A DNA stretch of 64,000 nt from Paragordius varius (lineage: Eukaryota > Animalia > Nematomorpha). Below, piece by piece: positions 38,118-51,000 of this stretch. The notes beneath the pieces are model-generated. The model ran no database searches, had not been told where the DNA came from, and saw nothing but the letters and a program-made list of their open reading frames with translations. Made by a program: the position numbers and the translations under genes. The stretch spans positions 5,518,001 through 5,582,000 of the forward strand of contig OZ176055.1 in NCBI GenBank assembly GCA_964247055.1. Direction: 5' to 3'. The first letter of the stretch is position 1. Each line of letters begins with the position of its first letter.

Positions 38118-41100
38118 TAGGGTGACCAGACGTTCCGCTTTTGGCTGGACAGTCTCGCTTTTTCACGATTATATGAACCTTTTTTAAATACATTTAAATT
38201 TTTTATAAAAAATTCATTTTTTACCCGTTTAATCATTAGTTATCTTTAAAATCTATATCAATTATAAATTAAAATTTTTTAAAAAATATTTCTTTTTTTC
38301 GAATTTATATCGTATGATATACGCTTTGCTTCCTACTCCTACTGCCCACATTATCAAAAAGACAAATTAATACCACAAATCGTTAGCTTATACATTTACT
38401 CCAGAAAATTAAGGTAATATAATATTTTTTTATACTAATATTAGATTAAAAATATGAGTACAAAAAGAGGTTGTAAATTTCCTTCAAAAAACGAAGAATG
38501 AATTATTAGCTAAATGTTCTTTATGCGAAGGGGAATTCACCCTGCCACATGGCTAAAATGATATTGCAAAGCATATGGAAACACAAAAACAAATGTTTAG
38601 ATATGGCGTCATCATCTTACAAAATGAGCGATTTTTATCGAAAAACCGCTTTTGGAGAAAGAAAAGAATTTTGCACTAGCCGGCGTTTTATCTTTTCACG
38701 CCGTTATCACAGTCATTCCTTAAGATATATGGATTGTACTTCACAGGTTATTCGTTCTTTATTTAATAAAAAATTTACATGTGCCCATACAAAGGCTGAA
38801 GGCTTATATGCAATGTTTTCGCCACATACATTTTCTGAAATAGAAAAAGATTTGCTGAAATTAATTTCATATCGCTATACTCTGATACATCAAATCACAA
38901 GGTACCAAATTTTTTTTCTACTTTAATAAGATATTTTGATCCAATAACCCGAATAATTTAATTTTTATTTATTTCTCTACCCGGTGAAAATTCGGAAATA
39001 ATTTTTACTTCGATAATGAATTTTCTAGAAAAAATTTTAAAAGACAAAATCATCGCATATTGCGCTGACAACACCAATACAATCTCCGGTGGAAAAGCAA
39101 GGAGGGGTTTTTCAAATTAGCAGATAATCTTAATCAAAACATTATTGGAGTTGGGTGTGCAGCGCATATAATACACAACGCTATTCAAACAGTTGCTGCT
39201 TTGTTACCCCTAGATGTGGAAAATGTAGTTGTTAAAATATATTCCTATTTTTATATACACACGGTACGCGTTGAAACGTTTAAGGAATTCTGTGAAAATG
39301 CAGGAGTTCAATATAAAAAATGATTGGATATTGTTTAAACTCGTTGGTTAGAAATACAATTTTTATCACAGGACAAATGTCCTACAACATTGGAAAGTTT
39401 TTTGAAAGGGATTCTTCAAAAATATGGTTAGAGTTCCTACAAGCTTCTCTCTTGCAAAATGTAAATTGATTGAAAATATTTCCACAATCGAAGTAGCCAA
39501 TGAAGTTATTAACCTAAAATTCCGAGTCAAGAAAGGTTAGAAAATAATTTTATACCATTAACCCTCCTCAATATTATAAATAATTTAGAAAAACAAGGCT
39601 TAATAAATCGAGATTACCTGTACAACATAAAAAAATGTTTTGCAGTAAAGATTATTTGGAAGACTGGACGGTGCAATTCAATGAAATTGATCGTTTTCAA
39701 TGGATAACATTAAAACCAGAATTTTGGTGCGATGTTCAAAAGTAATTTAATTACCTCTATGGACAATATAAAAAACAGTAGAAAAGATATGGTTAAAAAT
39801 ATTTCATCATTTTGAAACAAACTATGTTCCATACAATAATATTTAAAAAAATTGTGGAATTCACACTATCTTTACCTTAAACCAACGCTGCTACTGAGTG
39901 CATTTTTTCCACAGTAAATCAGGTGTGGACATCGGAAAAATCAAATTTAAATGTTAAAACTTTAAAGGCCATTTTATCTGTCAATATAATTTAACAAATT
40001 TTTGTGAAGACTTCTACAATATTTTAAAAAATGATGACAATCTGCTAAAACGCTTTCACTCAAATAAAAATATACCAAAGAATAAAATATTTTTTTATAT
40101 TTATAATATATTTGTGTTAAAAACAAATAAATATTACAATAATTTTTTTGTATAAAAATTTTTGGTTTCAGATTTGTCCCGCTTTTTCCTTCAAATCTGG
40201 TCATTAGGGTTGTGCCCATTAGTCAATGACCATAGTCATGACCTAGGCAATTTTTTTTATTTTTTTTAATTTTTTATTTTTTTAATTTTACAATTTTTAG
40301 CGAAACAAAACCTTATATTATCTATATATGTATTATTTTGTTTTAAATATCATATGATACACATCTTTTCTTGACTTCTTATATCATAATGAAATCAGCA
40401 TTGGAAATTTTTCGAGCAAAAAAATCAAGTTACATGCAAGAAATGCAATTACACTATATATATATATATATATATATTTAAATAAAAACCGAATGAAGAA
40501 ACATCTAAAAGAAGTTCATGAAATAAATTATATGACAGAGGGTGATGGTCGAAAGCAAGCTAATTATTTAATTTCTTAAGTTTAATAATAAAAATTTCTG
40601 TTTTTAAGAGAAATTAGCCAGAAACATTTAGCAAAATTTATTTTTATATCCTCAACTCTTAACATAGTTGAAAATAAACATTTACGAAGTTTCATTCATA
40701 GTTCAAACCTAATTATGCTATTCCAAATAAAAAACAGATCAATGAATTTCTAGATTTGTGTTATGAAGATATAAAAATAGAAGTTATTGGAATATGTAAA
40801 AATAATATTTCATTAATCGTCGATCCCTTTACCAATATTCGTAGGAAGCAAATTAATATTATTTATTGGCCAAGGATCCCAAAATCATTTTTTATTGACT
40901 ATTGACACATCTTATCATAGTAAGACTGAATGTATCTATAACATAATGAAACCAATAAAAGATATTCGTTAAAAAATTAATGCCATTGTGACCGCAGCGA
41001 ACATGAAGGCTGCTGAAAATTTGACTAATATATCCAATATAATATAAATGCCAATGTCATATTTTAAATAATTTGATGAAAGAATAAATTAAACTTAAGA

Positions 41101-41525
41101 TTATTGTAATTTTAAATGTAGTGAGCACGATTATATATTCTAATAAATCGTATAAGAAATTTCCAAGTATAAATTTTTTTTTGTTAACTTTAAGTTCATG
41201 GACAAGACTCGTTTTTACACAATCTAAATAATTAGAGCATAAATAGGTTTCAATAAATCCATATTTTCTTGTTAGTCTTAGCTTTCTGTGATTTGAAACT
41301 TTCTATAAGTCTTTATGTATGATTCCAAAGATCGTCAATTGTAGAAATATAAATTATCAGGATAGGAAGTATAATTGAAAAAAATATACTTTATGTAAAA
41401 ACCTTTTCTATGTATTTTAATCAAGTATTTATGTATGTAGTTATTTATCATTGGCAATAACATATGGTATGACCTAGGTCGGACCAAAAAAGGGGGTCAA
41501 AATCACAACCCTACTGGTCATCCTA
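38118..41525 (+). mobile_element. hAT family A, copy 3 (decayed), with right TIR split by a nested element
   Basis: Left TIR TAGGGTGACCAGA (38118); decayed transposase ~38454-40085; right TIR reconstituted as TCTGGTCAT (40196-40204) + CCTA (41522-41525); TSD CATATATA (38110-38117) versus CATATATC (41526-41533). Confidence 0.9.
40205..41513 (+). mobile_element. hAT family B (Ac/hobo/ZBED-like) deletion derivative, 1309 bp
   Basis: 10-bp TIRs TAGGGTTGTG and CACAACCCTA; perfect 8-bp TSD CTGGTCAT (40197-40204, 41514-41521); TGACCTAGG subterminal motif at both ends; remnants RMKKHLKEVH, NIVENKHLRSFIHS, SLIVDPFTNIR and AIVT..AANMKAA. Confidence 0.9.
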
Positions 41526-42055
41526 CATATATCGTTTATTTATAGAGGATTTGATTGTCTTTTAAAATTAATAATATGGTTATTCAGTCATATTAATGTT
41601 TAAAAATCTCTTTATAGCATTATGTTGGAGCTTACAAATTCTTTTATTTATTTATTTTCCTGTTAAATTGAGGCAGAATTTTACTTTTATTAATTTTGTG
41701 TGTACGTAAGTCGTAAACTTACCCATTTTCAATTATGGCTTTATATCACTCTAATAAAAAAACCAAAACTACCTGGATATTATGGTTGAAGTGATAAAAT
41801 TTTTTTAGACTTGACTTGCCAGTTTTTCAAGTTATGGCTTACATTTTGATAAAAAAATTTAACATTAAGACGACTAAAAATTGATTTAAAGGTGTATTAA
41901 AAAACATATGATCAAGTAAAACTTAAAGATTTGGTAAGTGTGGTGTGGGGTATCTTTGCCAGATTTAAAATATTGATAATTATTTTGGAATATGTATATA
42001 ATTTAGATTTTATATGTAATTTAACTCTTTGTTAATTTAAACTGTTTATTATAAA

Positions 42056-43624
42056 CTGAAATACGTATATTATAAAAATATAAATTTTAATTTACGATTT
42101 TTATTGTTAAGTCTTTATCGAAAAAAAATTGAAATGAATTAAAGGGTAATAAGATGCCTTATGCAGTGTGAGATAGGTGATTGATGAAAAAAAACCAGTA
42201 ACATCAAAATTCTTGTATACTGGAAATAATCAATTACCTTTACAACATTATAAAAGACACAAATTATGTAATGGATTGTGTGATAATTAGAATGGATTCA
42301 TATAAAGTTATATTGTGATTGTATTGGTATATAATTAATGGGAGACAGTATTAGACCATCGTCCCTTTAAGTGATGCATTGTGTTTCTAATTCCTATTGA
42401 TTCGCGTATGAGACGCTTGTTATGGTTTTCTATATTTGCAATAACCTTGGTGTCAGCAATAAAGTGTCCTTCGTTGCAAACGTGTTCAGATAAACCCGAA
42501 GTGGGTTTATTAAGTCGGATGTATTGAGAGTGTTCACATAAACGAACGTCTATACTTCTACCACTCTCACCTATGTAGACGCTTTCACATGAACGTTGTG
42601 GCTTTGTATATACCAGGTAGCTTGTTTTCGGGCATATGATCTTTGTATTTGATTAGATTGATAAGTTTTGTCATCGGTTTATACACTGTACGGATATTAA
42701 ATTTAATTATTACCGATTTTGGTGGTAACATTATTAATGAAAGGTAAGGTAGCTGTTGATACAAAATTATTATTTTGTGTGAGGTTTTGTAGAGAATTTT
42801 ATCAAAGGGTAGCCATTTCGTTGAAACGTATGTTTAAGATTCGATAATTCTGTTGTTAGAGAGGCTGAGTCACATAGGTTATAGGCCCTATGGATGAGAG
42901 TTTTAATAACTGAATGTTTTTGAGCTGGGTGGTGGTGCGAGTGAGCGTTTAGGTAGAGGTTGGCCATATATTTTCAATAAATTATATATCCGTACAGTGT
43001 ATAAACCGATGACAAAACATGTCAATCTAATTAAATATAAAGATCCCGTACCCAAAAACAAGCTACCTGGTGTTTACAAAGCCACATGTTCATGTAAAAG
43101 CGTCTTTATATGTGAAAGTGGTAGAAGTATAGACGTTCGTTTACGTGAACACTCTCAACACATCCGACTTAATAAACCCACTTCGGGTTTATCGTTTGCA
43201 ACGAAGGACACTTCATTGCTGACACCAAGGTTATTACAAATATAGAAAACCATAACAAGCGTCTCATATTCGAATCAATAGAAATTAAGAAACACAATAC
43301 ATCACTTAACAGGGACGATGGTCTAGTACTGTCTCCCATTTGGACTTATATACTAATACAATTACAATATAACTTTATGTCAATCCATTATAATTATCAC
43401 ACATACCATTACACTTATCCTAATTTATGTCTTTAAAATGTTGTAAAGGTAATTGTTTTTTTCCAGATACAACAATTTTGACTTACTGGTTTTTTTCATC
43501 AATCACCTATATTACACTATATAAGGCATCTTATTACCTTATGATTCATTTATATTTTTCGATAAAGACTTTACAATAAAAGCCGAAAATTAAAATTTAT
43601 ATTTTTATAATATACGCATTTCAG
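42056..43624. mobile_element. Penelope-like retroelement relic with inverted 3' duplication
   Basis: Arms 42056-42697 and 42986-43624 are reverse complements. The - arm encodes GIY...YIGESGRSIDVRL (GIY-YIG). The spacer carries the PLE RT C-terminus LYLNAHSHHHPAQKHSVIKTLIHRA...NGYP (42770-42967). Confidence 0.88.
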
Positions 43625-44498
43625 CTTAATTTTTAATAATTTTAATAAAATATAATGCGTAATTCTCTTAATTTTGCTATAATTTGTTTATTTGATAATT
43701 TTTTCCTAATTAACCTATTCAAATTGGGTGAATACAAAAGAGGATAAATTTTTAGAAAACCTCTGCTAATATCTAATAACAATTCAAGAAAATATAATAA
43801 ATTTATAATTTTGCGAACCACAAAAAATTTTGATTCACGAAAACATCTTAAGATTAATTAACTTTTAATCTTAAATCTCTCATAACATAAAATAATAAAC
43901 GCTAAAGGTTACTTCACCATGAAAACATGAAAAGAATTAATTTCATTATAAATTTAAAAAGTAATGTTGATAATCATCAAAAATAATAATATGTTGTATT
44001 GTATAAACATTCCCATTATATTTGCAAATGAACTCCTAACAAAATGACTAGTGTGGTAAAAAATAGTGTGTTTTAAGGGCGAATGGTTTCATCAACTTAT
44101 AATTTTGAGTTACGGGCTCAATTCAAAATATCTATAATATTAAATAAGATACGTGCCCTTGAGTTTGAAATTCAATAAATGCTATGCCTATTCTGGTGGG
44201 AGGTTTTGGCAACTGACTAATCCCTATAATACTAAACTCACCAGATATAGTTTTCCCCCGTAATAATTTATCTTTTTGACTTTTTCCCCCTAGTATAATT
44301 TTACTTATCAAGAACTCTGGTTAAATCAGGTTGAGCAACAGGGTGAATCATCTATCCCCCTCTTTCAAACTTACTAGGTCACCCTTCTCCTGCAAAAGCA
44401 TAAAATTGGGACCGTTTAGTAATGATGTTTATCTTTTGAACCTTAATTTATAAATTTTGGATGAATATAATCAAAATAATTTTTATAAAATTCTAATT

Positions 44499-44648
44499 GG
44501 GTGGCAAAAAAATGTTACATTCAGACGCAAAAGACTTGACTTAAGTGTTTTTTATCACTGATCTTCAAGTATAAACTTACTTGCTTAAGTAAACTTGCTC
44601 AACTTGCCACGCTGCAAGTTAAGTGCGACTTTTTTTATCACCCCACCC
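44499..44648. repeat. Dispersed ~150-bp repeat, copy 1 (transposon-end-like)
   Basis: GGGTGGCAAA...TTTTATCAC..ATCTTCAAGT..AAGTAAACTTGCTCAACTTG...CCCACCC; same-orientation copy at 46839-46991; superfamily not assignable. Confidence 0.7.
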
Positions 44649-44905
44649 ATATTTTCTTCCATATATATAATTTTTCTTTTTTTGTTATACCCCGATTTTA
44701 TGCACATTATATTTCAAATTTATAATAAAAATTGTACGGATAGAACATAAAAATTAAACGACTCATATTCTTAAAAAGACATTTATTCTTTTATAACATT
44801 TGATGTCTACGTAACTCATATAATTAATATATTGAAATATATAATATGATAGTTTTAACACGCATCTATATTCCTACAACACCCGCAAAGTTATATGGTT
44901 TAGAA

Positions 44906-45138
44906 CAGGGGTTCCCAACACAATGCTTTCGTGGATGGCATTATTAACTCGAAAAAAAAGCGGCGTGCCGCATTCATTATATTTATGGGGATTTGAAATT
45001 ATTTTATTTCTTCATATTCGTTGATTATTGGATAAATTTATTCAGAATATTTGTTTTATCAATATTAAGATTTTTCGAGCATAATTTTATAAATTTTACG
45101 GGTCGAAATTTTCAAGAAGGTCGATGTTGGACACCCTG
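44906..45138. mobile_element. Buster/Charlie-type hAT MITE (233 bp)
   Basis: CAGGGGTTCCCAACA and TGTTGGACACCCTG ends; flanks GTTTAGAA and GTTTGCAA (6/8 match). Confidence 0.7.
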
Positions 45139-45599
45139 GTTTGCAAAATATGATTATTCTTATATAAAAAAATATTTGCTCTAATTTATTAAATTTTGTC
45201 TGTATAATTATAATTTTTATATAGAGTTGGAATAAACACAAATGGGTCAAGTTTTGATTTTTAAAATAAATCTTGCCAATATCTTTTAAGTTGGTTAGAA
45301 AAATGCAACTGTTTTAAAAAAAAATGGGAGTATACGGAATCGCTCTTTTCTTTGATTTATTTTTAACAAGACACGAAATTTGTACAAAATAAAATTACCA
45401 TATCTCAATATTATATGATTAAAATTATTTATTATTTTTGTATGGTATAGTGACCCTATTTTTGGGGTTAATTATGGATAATAAAACATTAATTAAATAT
45501 ATTGCTCATAATTTTTATGACAAATTTTTTTGTAAATAAGGGTTACAAAATGTTGGTTCGATATTTATATGAAAAACGTTATAGCATTAGATGTTTTTG

Positions 45600-46780
45600 A
45601 TGTAATGGTCTACATATATTATCATATTATTGTGTTTTAAATCCACTCATCAACGAAACCGCCACTTTTCAGTAATAAGATAGGTAGAGTGTAATATGTT
45701 GATTTTGGCTGAGAAGTAATTAGAAACAGCTTTTTCCGGACCGTTTAATGTAAGACTTGGCTAAATTGTTGCATCTGTCTTATTAGATTCTCCCATTATT
45801 GTAATTTACATCCATCCGTCACCGAAACCACCACATTTCAGTATCAGGATAGTTAGAGTGGAAAATGTCGATTATTTTGGCTGAGAACCAATTTGAAACA
45901 GATTTTGCCGGACGGTTTAATGTTAGACTTGGCTAAATTGATGCAACTGTCTTATTATATTATCCCATATTCTGTTTTACATCCATCCGTCACCGAAACC
46001 GCCACGATTCAGTATTAGGATAGATGGAGTGTCAGTCGGTTGTTTTGGGTGTGAACTAATTCGAAACAGATTTTGCCGGACGGTTTAATGTATGCTTGGC
46101 CATCTTGATGTAACTGTCTGATTAAATTATCCTATTATTGTGTTTTACATCCATCCGTCACCTAAACCACCACTTCTCAGTATCAGGATAAAGAGATTAT
46201 AAAATGTCGGTTATTTTGGCTGAGAAGTAATTAGAAACAGATTTGCCGGACAGTTTAATGTATGACTTGGCTAAATTGATGCAACTGTCTTATTAGATTA
46301 GCCCATTATGTTTTACATATATTCGTCACCGAAACCGCCACGATTCAGTATTATTATAGATAGAGTGTAAAATGTCAGTTATTTTGGCTGAGAACTAATT
46401 TGAAGCAGATTTTGCCGGACGGTTTAATTTTAGACTTGGCTAAATTGATGCAACTGTCTTATTAGATTATCCCATTATTGTCTTTTACATCCATCCGTCA
46501 CCGAACGGCAACTTTTAAGTATTTGGATAGATAGAGTACAAAATGTCGGTTATTTTGACTAAGAACATATTTGAAACAGATTTGCCGGAGGGTTTAATGT
46601 ATGACTAGGCCAACCTGATGCAATAATTATCCCATTATTGTGTTTTACATCTATCACCAAAACCGCCGCTTTTCAATACTAGTATGATAGAATGTAAAAT
46701 GTCGGTTATTTTGGCTGAGAACTAATTCAAAACAGATTTTGTGGACGGTTTAATGTAAAACTTGGCTAAATTGATGTTTG
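45600..46780. repeat. ~170-bp tandem array, ~7 diverged units
   Basis: Marker ACCGAAACC-like at 45652, 45821, 45992, 46160, 46328, 46500 and 46656 (periods 169, 171, 168, 168, 172, 156). Confidence 0.95.
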
Positions 46781-46838
46781 CCTTATTTTATAAATTTTAA
46801 CTAAAAATTATAAAAATAATTTCCGTAATATTTTAATT

Positions 46839-46991
46839 GGGTGGCAAAGAAATGTTAGGTTCATAAGCAAAGGACTTGACAGTGTATTCTTTTATCACCG
46901 ATCTTCAAGTGAAACTTGCTGGTTTAAGTAAACTTGCTCAACTTGGCACGCTTGACTTACAAGTCAAGTGTGACCTTTTTATCCCCCACCC
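46839..46991. repeat. Dispersed ~150-bp repeat, copy 2, directly after the tandem array
   Basis: Homologous to 44499-44648, including ~60 bp of upstream AT-rich sequence. Confidence 0.7.
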
Positions 46992-48039
46992 TTTGTTTTT
47001 TTTGAGAACAAGGAAGGGGACGCAATTTCATTTTGATGGGGCGTGAAAAAGGTTCGATACTACTGAATAAAAACTCCCTTACCTTTTGGGGTAGTCCAGA
47101 GCGAGAGAATCTTATAATGTATTTTAAGCCGAATTTATGCTTTCTTTGGCCTTTTCGGCGCATTACACAGAGTACAAAATCGGGGGTCATGAAAAAATAT
47201 CTTGATGAAATAAATATATTCTGATAGAAAAATGTATCAGATATCTCATGGTGTTTTTGGTTTTGGGGCTTACAACTGTTTAAAAGTAATTTACACATTT
47301 ATGGCAAGTGCTCTATATCAGAAAATGGTGAAATTTGCGCAAATCTTTTAATTAATTTTTTTTGGTGAAAACTAAACGCTTTATTCCAAAAAATATCATC
47401 ATAAACTTCATATTAAAAGCAAAAGAATATCTTAAAAAAATTATATTTTGTGGGCTCGAAATTCCCAATTTTTTTCGCATTTCTAAAATGGGCTGATTTT
47501 CTTAAATAAAAAATGCAATTGCGCGATAAAAATTTTAATTGGATGCTAAATTTTGACATCAATTATAAATATTTTTAAATGCATAATTTTTAATTTTGTC
47601 TATCCGATTTTGGTGAATTTTTATAAAAATAAATTTGACATATCATAATCTTGAAGACAAACGAATATCTTAATCAAAATTGAGGTGATACAATAAAGCA
47701 AAACAACAATTAGCCTTTTAAAGCATGTTTGTGAAAAATTTCATAGATTGACAAAGTAATTAAAATGATAATATAATTATAACTGACATTTATTTTACAC
47801 AACTACATAAAACAATACATGAAATATAATATCTATTAATATTTAATTTGATAAATATATTAAATAAAAGTGTATACAAACAATTTAAATCATAAAATAT
47901 TTAAAAATAATATTTTGATTGGCAGTGGGATGGCAAATAAATGCTGGATTTGAGAGATTTATTGATTTAATACATTTTTTAAAGTTTTCAAATGCACATA
48001 AAAAATAACGGTTTCGAAAATTACTCAATATACCCCATT

Positions 48040-51000
48040 TTATTTAAAAGTTGAAAGATATAATGGAGTTTGATAATTATCTCTATCATTATAAAACTTA
48101 TTGTCATTTTCAGGGTTGTGATTGTTATCACTATATCCATTTTCTTTCGCTATATAAAACAATATGGAAGTTAGTTTTTAATGTTTTAAAAAATTAATAA
48201 ATGAATGGTTTAATATATATTAGATAATCTTAAAAAGATTTCGTATATTTTATTAATTTTACAGTAAAAAAGTATTTTTCTTTAATAAAAATTTTTATAA
48301 TTGAATTTGTTGTAAAAGTTAAAAAACCGTTTTGAGGGGAAGATGACATTAATAGGTGGTAAAGAGATTCTTCAAAGGCCGCCGTATCTTGGTGATTGAA
48401 AGAAATATTATTTATATTTTGATTTGATGCAAAAGATATTTTGGGCGGGGAGGGCAAGATAGAAGGGATTTCAATATCAATGTCACCCAAATTTTCTGCG
48501 ACAAGTGCCGCCATGTAATTTTCATTTAAACGCATAGTATCTGAATCATTCATCCAAGCAGATGAATCTAAAATAATTTGTGTATTATGTTGTTTGGTAT
48601 AGTTTTAGCAAAATCTGTAATGGAAAGAGTAAGTTATTAAATCAATAGAGACATAAACAAATTTATTATTGATTCGAAATATTTCAATGGTTACTACTGG
48701 TTTAGACTGTATCTTGAAATTTAATGCTGTAGTTATTATATAAATTTTATTAATTCATCTACATTAATTAAAATATTAATAGCATACTGAATTTAGTATT
48801 AACATTTCGAGAATTTTGAAAAGTGCTTAAACTTAATGGCATTTCGCTTTCGTTTGCGAGCATAATAGGATCATCCTCCAATGGATTAATAAATTGGTTC
48901 ATTTTATTATTAAGAGGTCCGTATGGTGTGTTTGCGTTTTGAAATAAATGAGGGGATATTTTAATTCCTTGGCTTTCCTTATTGAGCCTTGTATGATCTA
49001 AATTCAATGAAGATTACAGTAATAGGTTATAACAAAATAAAATTTTATATTTTTTTGTTTAAAGACCTTAACATTATGTTTTCCTAAGTATGCGTTTGCA
49101 AATTCAATTTTTTTTAAAACAAGACTGTATTATCTTACATCTTTTGCTAAGGTTAAAAAAATATTTAATTGATATAATAACCAATACATATAATAAATTA
49201 AACATTTCATTTTATAATACGAACCTAATTTTGGATTCGATTGGACAAATTTAGTCAATGGACTCAAAGGTGTGTAAATAGGGCTAGAAAATACACCTTC
49301 CTCCGTCGTCAAATTCGGAAAGTTAAATCCATTGTAATTTGAATATGCATTGCAATTTTTTCCCGATGGCTTAAAAGTATTTAGGCTCTAAAACATCAGA
49401 AAATACTTCATTACATTTAATATTATACAATGCTTTTGTAATATAAAGCCGTTAACTTAGTTGTTCATTTTTAATAAAAAAAATATGAAATTATCAAAAA
49501 CTTAAAGAAGGGTATTATAAAAAATTAAAATTATATAAAGTAAAATGATGAAAAAATTAAGGATTTCTTGTATAAGTTAATAATCCAGGGGTAAAATACT
49601 AGTGGATTATTATTAAGAAATTGACACTTTACAATAAGGTTTCAACTGTCACTGAAATATGATGAAAATATCGAGCCGCTTATAAATATTCTGGACATAA
49701 AGAAATGTGATTGATAATTGCTAACAGAAGATGTTTATTTACCATGGGTTCTTCCAAATCATTAATTTGATAATCGCCTCCGTGGAGAGAATCAGTTTTT
49801 ACGCTGGGTGAATTATATTGGTGGGTAAAAGAATTTTGACGACTAGTGTATTGGTTGTTGTTTGTGTTAGGCTTAAAATACCCGTCATTCCCCAAAAATG
49901 TATCATAATATTCAGATTCTAAATGAAAAATAATTATTACGACAAAACATTGTATATTTTCATCTCTTATAATATAATATGTCAATGAATCAAAAACAAC
50001 AGTGTTATTGAGTCTAAGATTTCGTTAAATCCGAAAAATTTAATATATTGATTTTTCAGGCAAAATCGAAATTGTACTAGGAAACGTAATGGAAGGGTTA
50101 AGTGACGATCTAGGGCTAAGGCTATGTTTTTTGACAAGAAGAGACGTATTTCTAATTTTATTGCAGGACTGTTCTGTTCTTTGATTCTCAATTTGATTGG
50201 CTGGTGATGTTTGATGAAGTAGTAAATTTTGATCGGTGTTAAAAGTTTTTCCTACATCGTTATCTATGGTACTGTATTCATTTTCTACGGATTAAATAAA
50301 AGAATTAATTCATATTTACTATTTAATATTAAAATGCTTAAATATCAATGTCTATAGGCTAAATATATAGCAAGTTAGTATGCAGTATATGAAATATATA
50401 TATGTGTATGAACTGGTGTTCAACATCAGTATATCATAAAATTTATTGTTAGTTTTATATAAAGTAAATCGCGTGGCTATAATTTGAGACAATCGTTTTG
50501 GAATATGTTATCTATATACGGATATACTCTTAACACTTTAGATAAAAGCAAAATTTTAAATTTTGCCTTAAGAGGAAAATATGGTTGCAAATTAACATAT
50601 TTGACCTAAGGTTAAAAGTTATTTTTTTATTCTAATGTTTTTGAATATTTTCAAAAATTATATAAATTTTCTATTAGATAATAAAATATTTGTTTATACC
50701 ACATTTATGTTTATTCATCTCTTGCCAAACCTATTTCCCCAAATCAATTTTAGCTGTCTTAAATACAATCTAATAAAAAACATATAATTTTAGGAATATC
50801 TTACTTGGATGCGTAGGCGATTCCTCCAACGTAGTCAAAGCTAAAACACCTAAACCATTCCGTGCCGCAGCATAAATAGGATTTGATTCTTGAATTTTTC
50901 TGGCACCATACACTGTGTGATCGCTATTTCCATTCATCCAATCAAAAGCTTGTTGTGATGATGGTGTTGGTTTATTGCGAAATTCATTTTCTGAGGAGGG

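Noticed and set aside
45600-46780. CRISPR-like array
   Set aside because: Whole 170-bp units are homologous, with no unique spacers or cas genes; the context is eukaryotic.
46992-47700. ORFs 46957-47298 and 47033-47224 and repeat-like sequence
   Set aside because: Looks like non-coding DNA-transposon interior; no termini or protein motif recognised.
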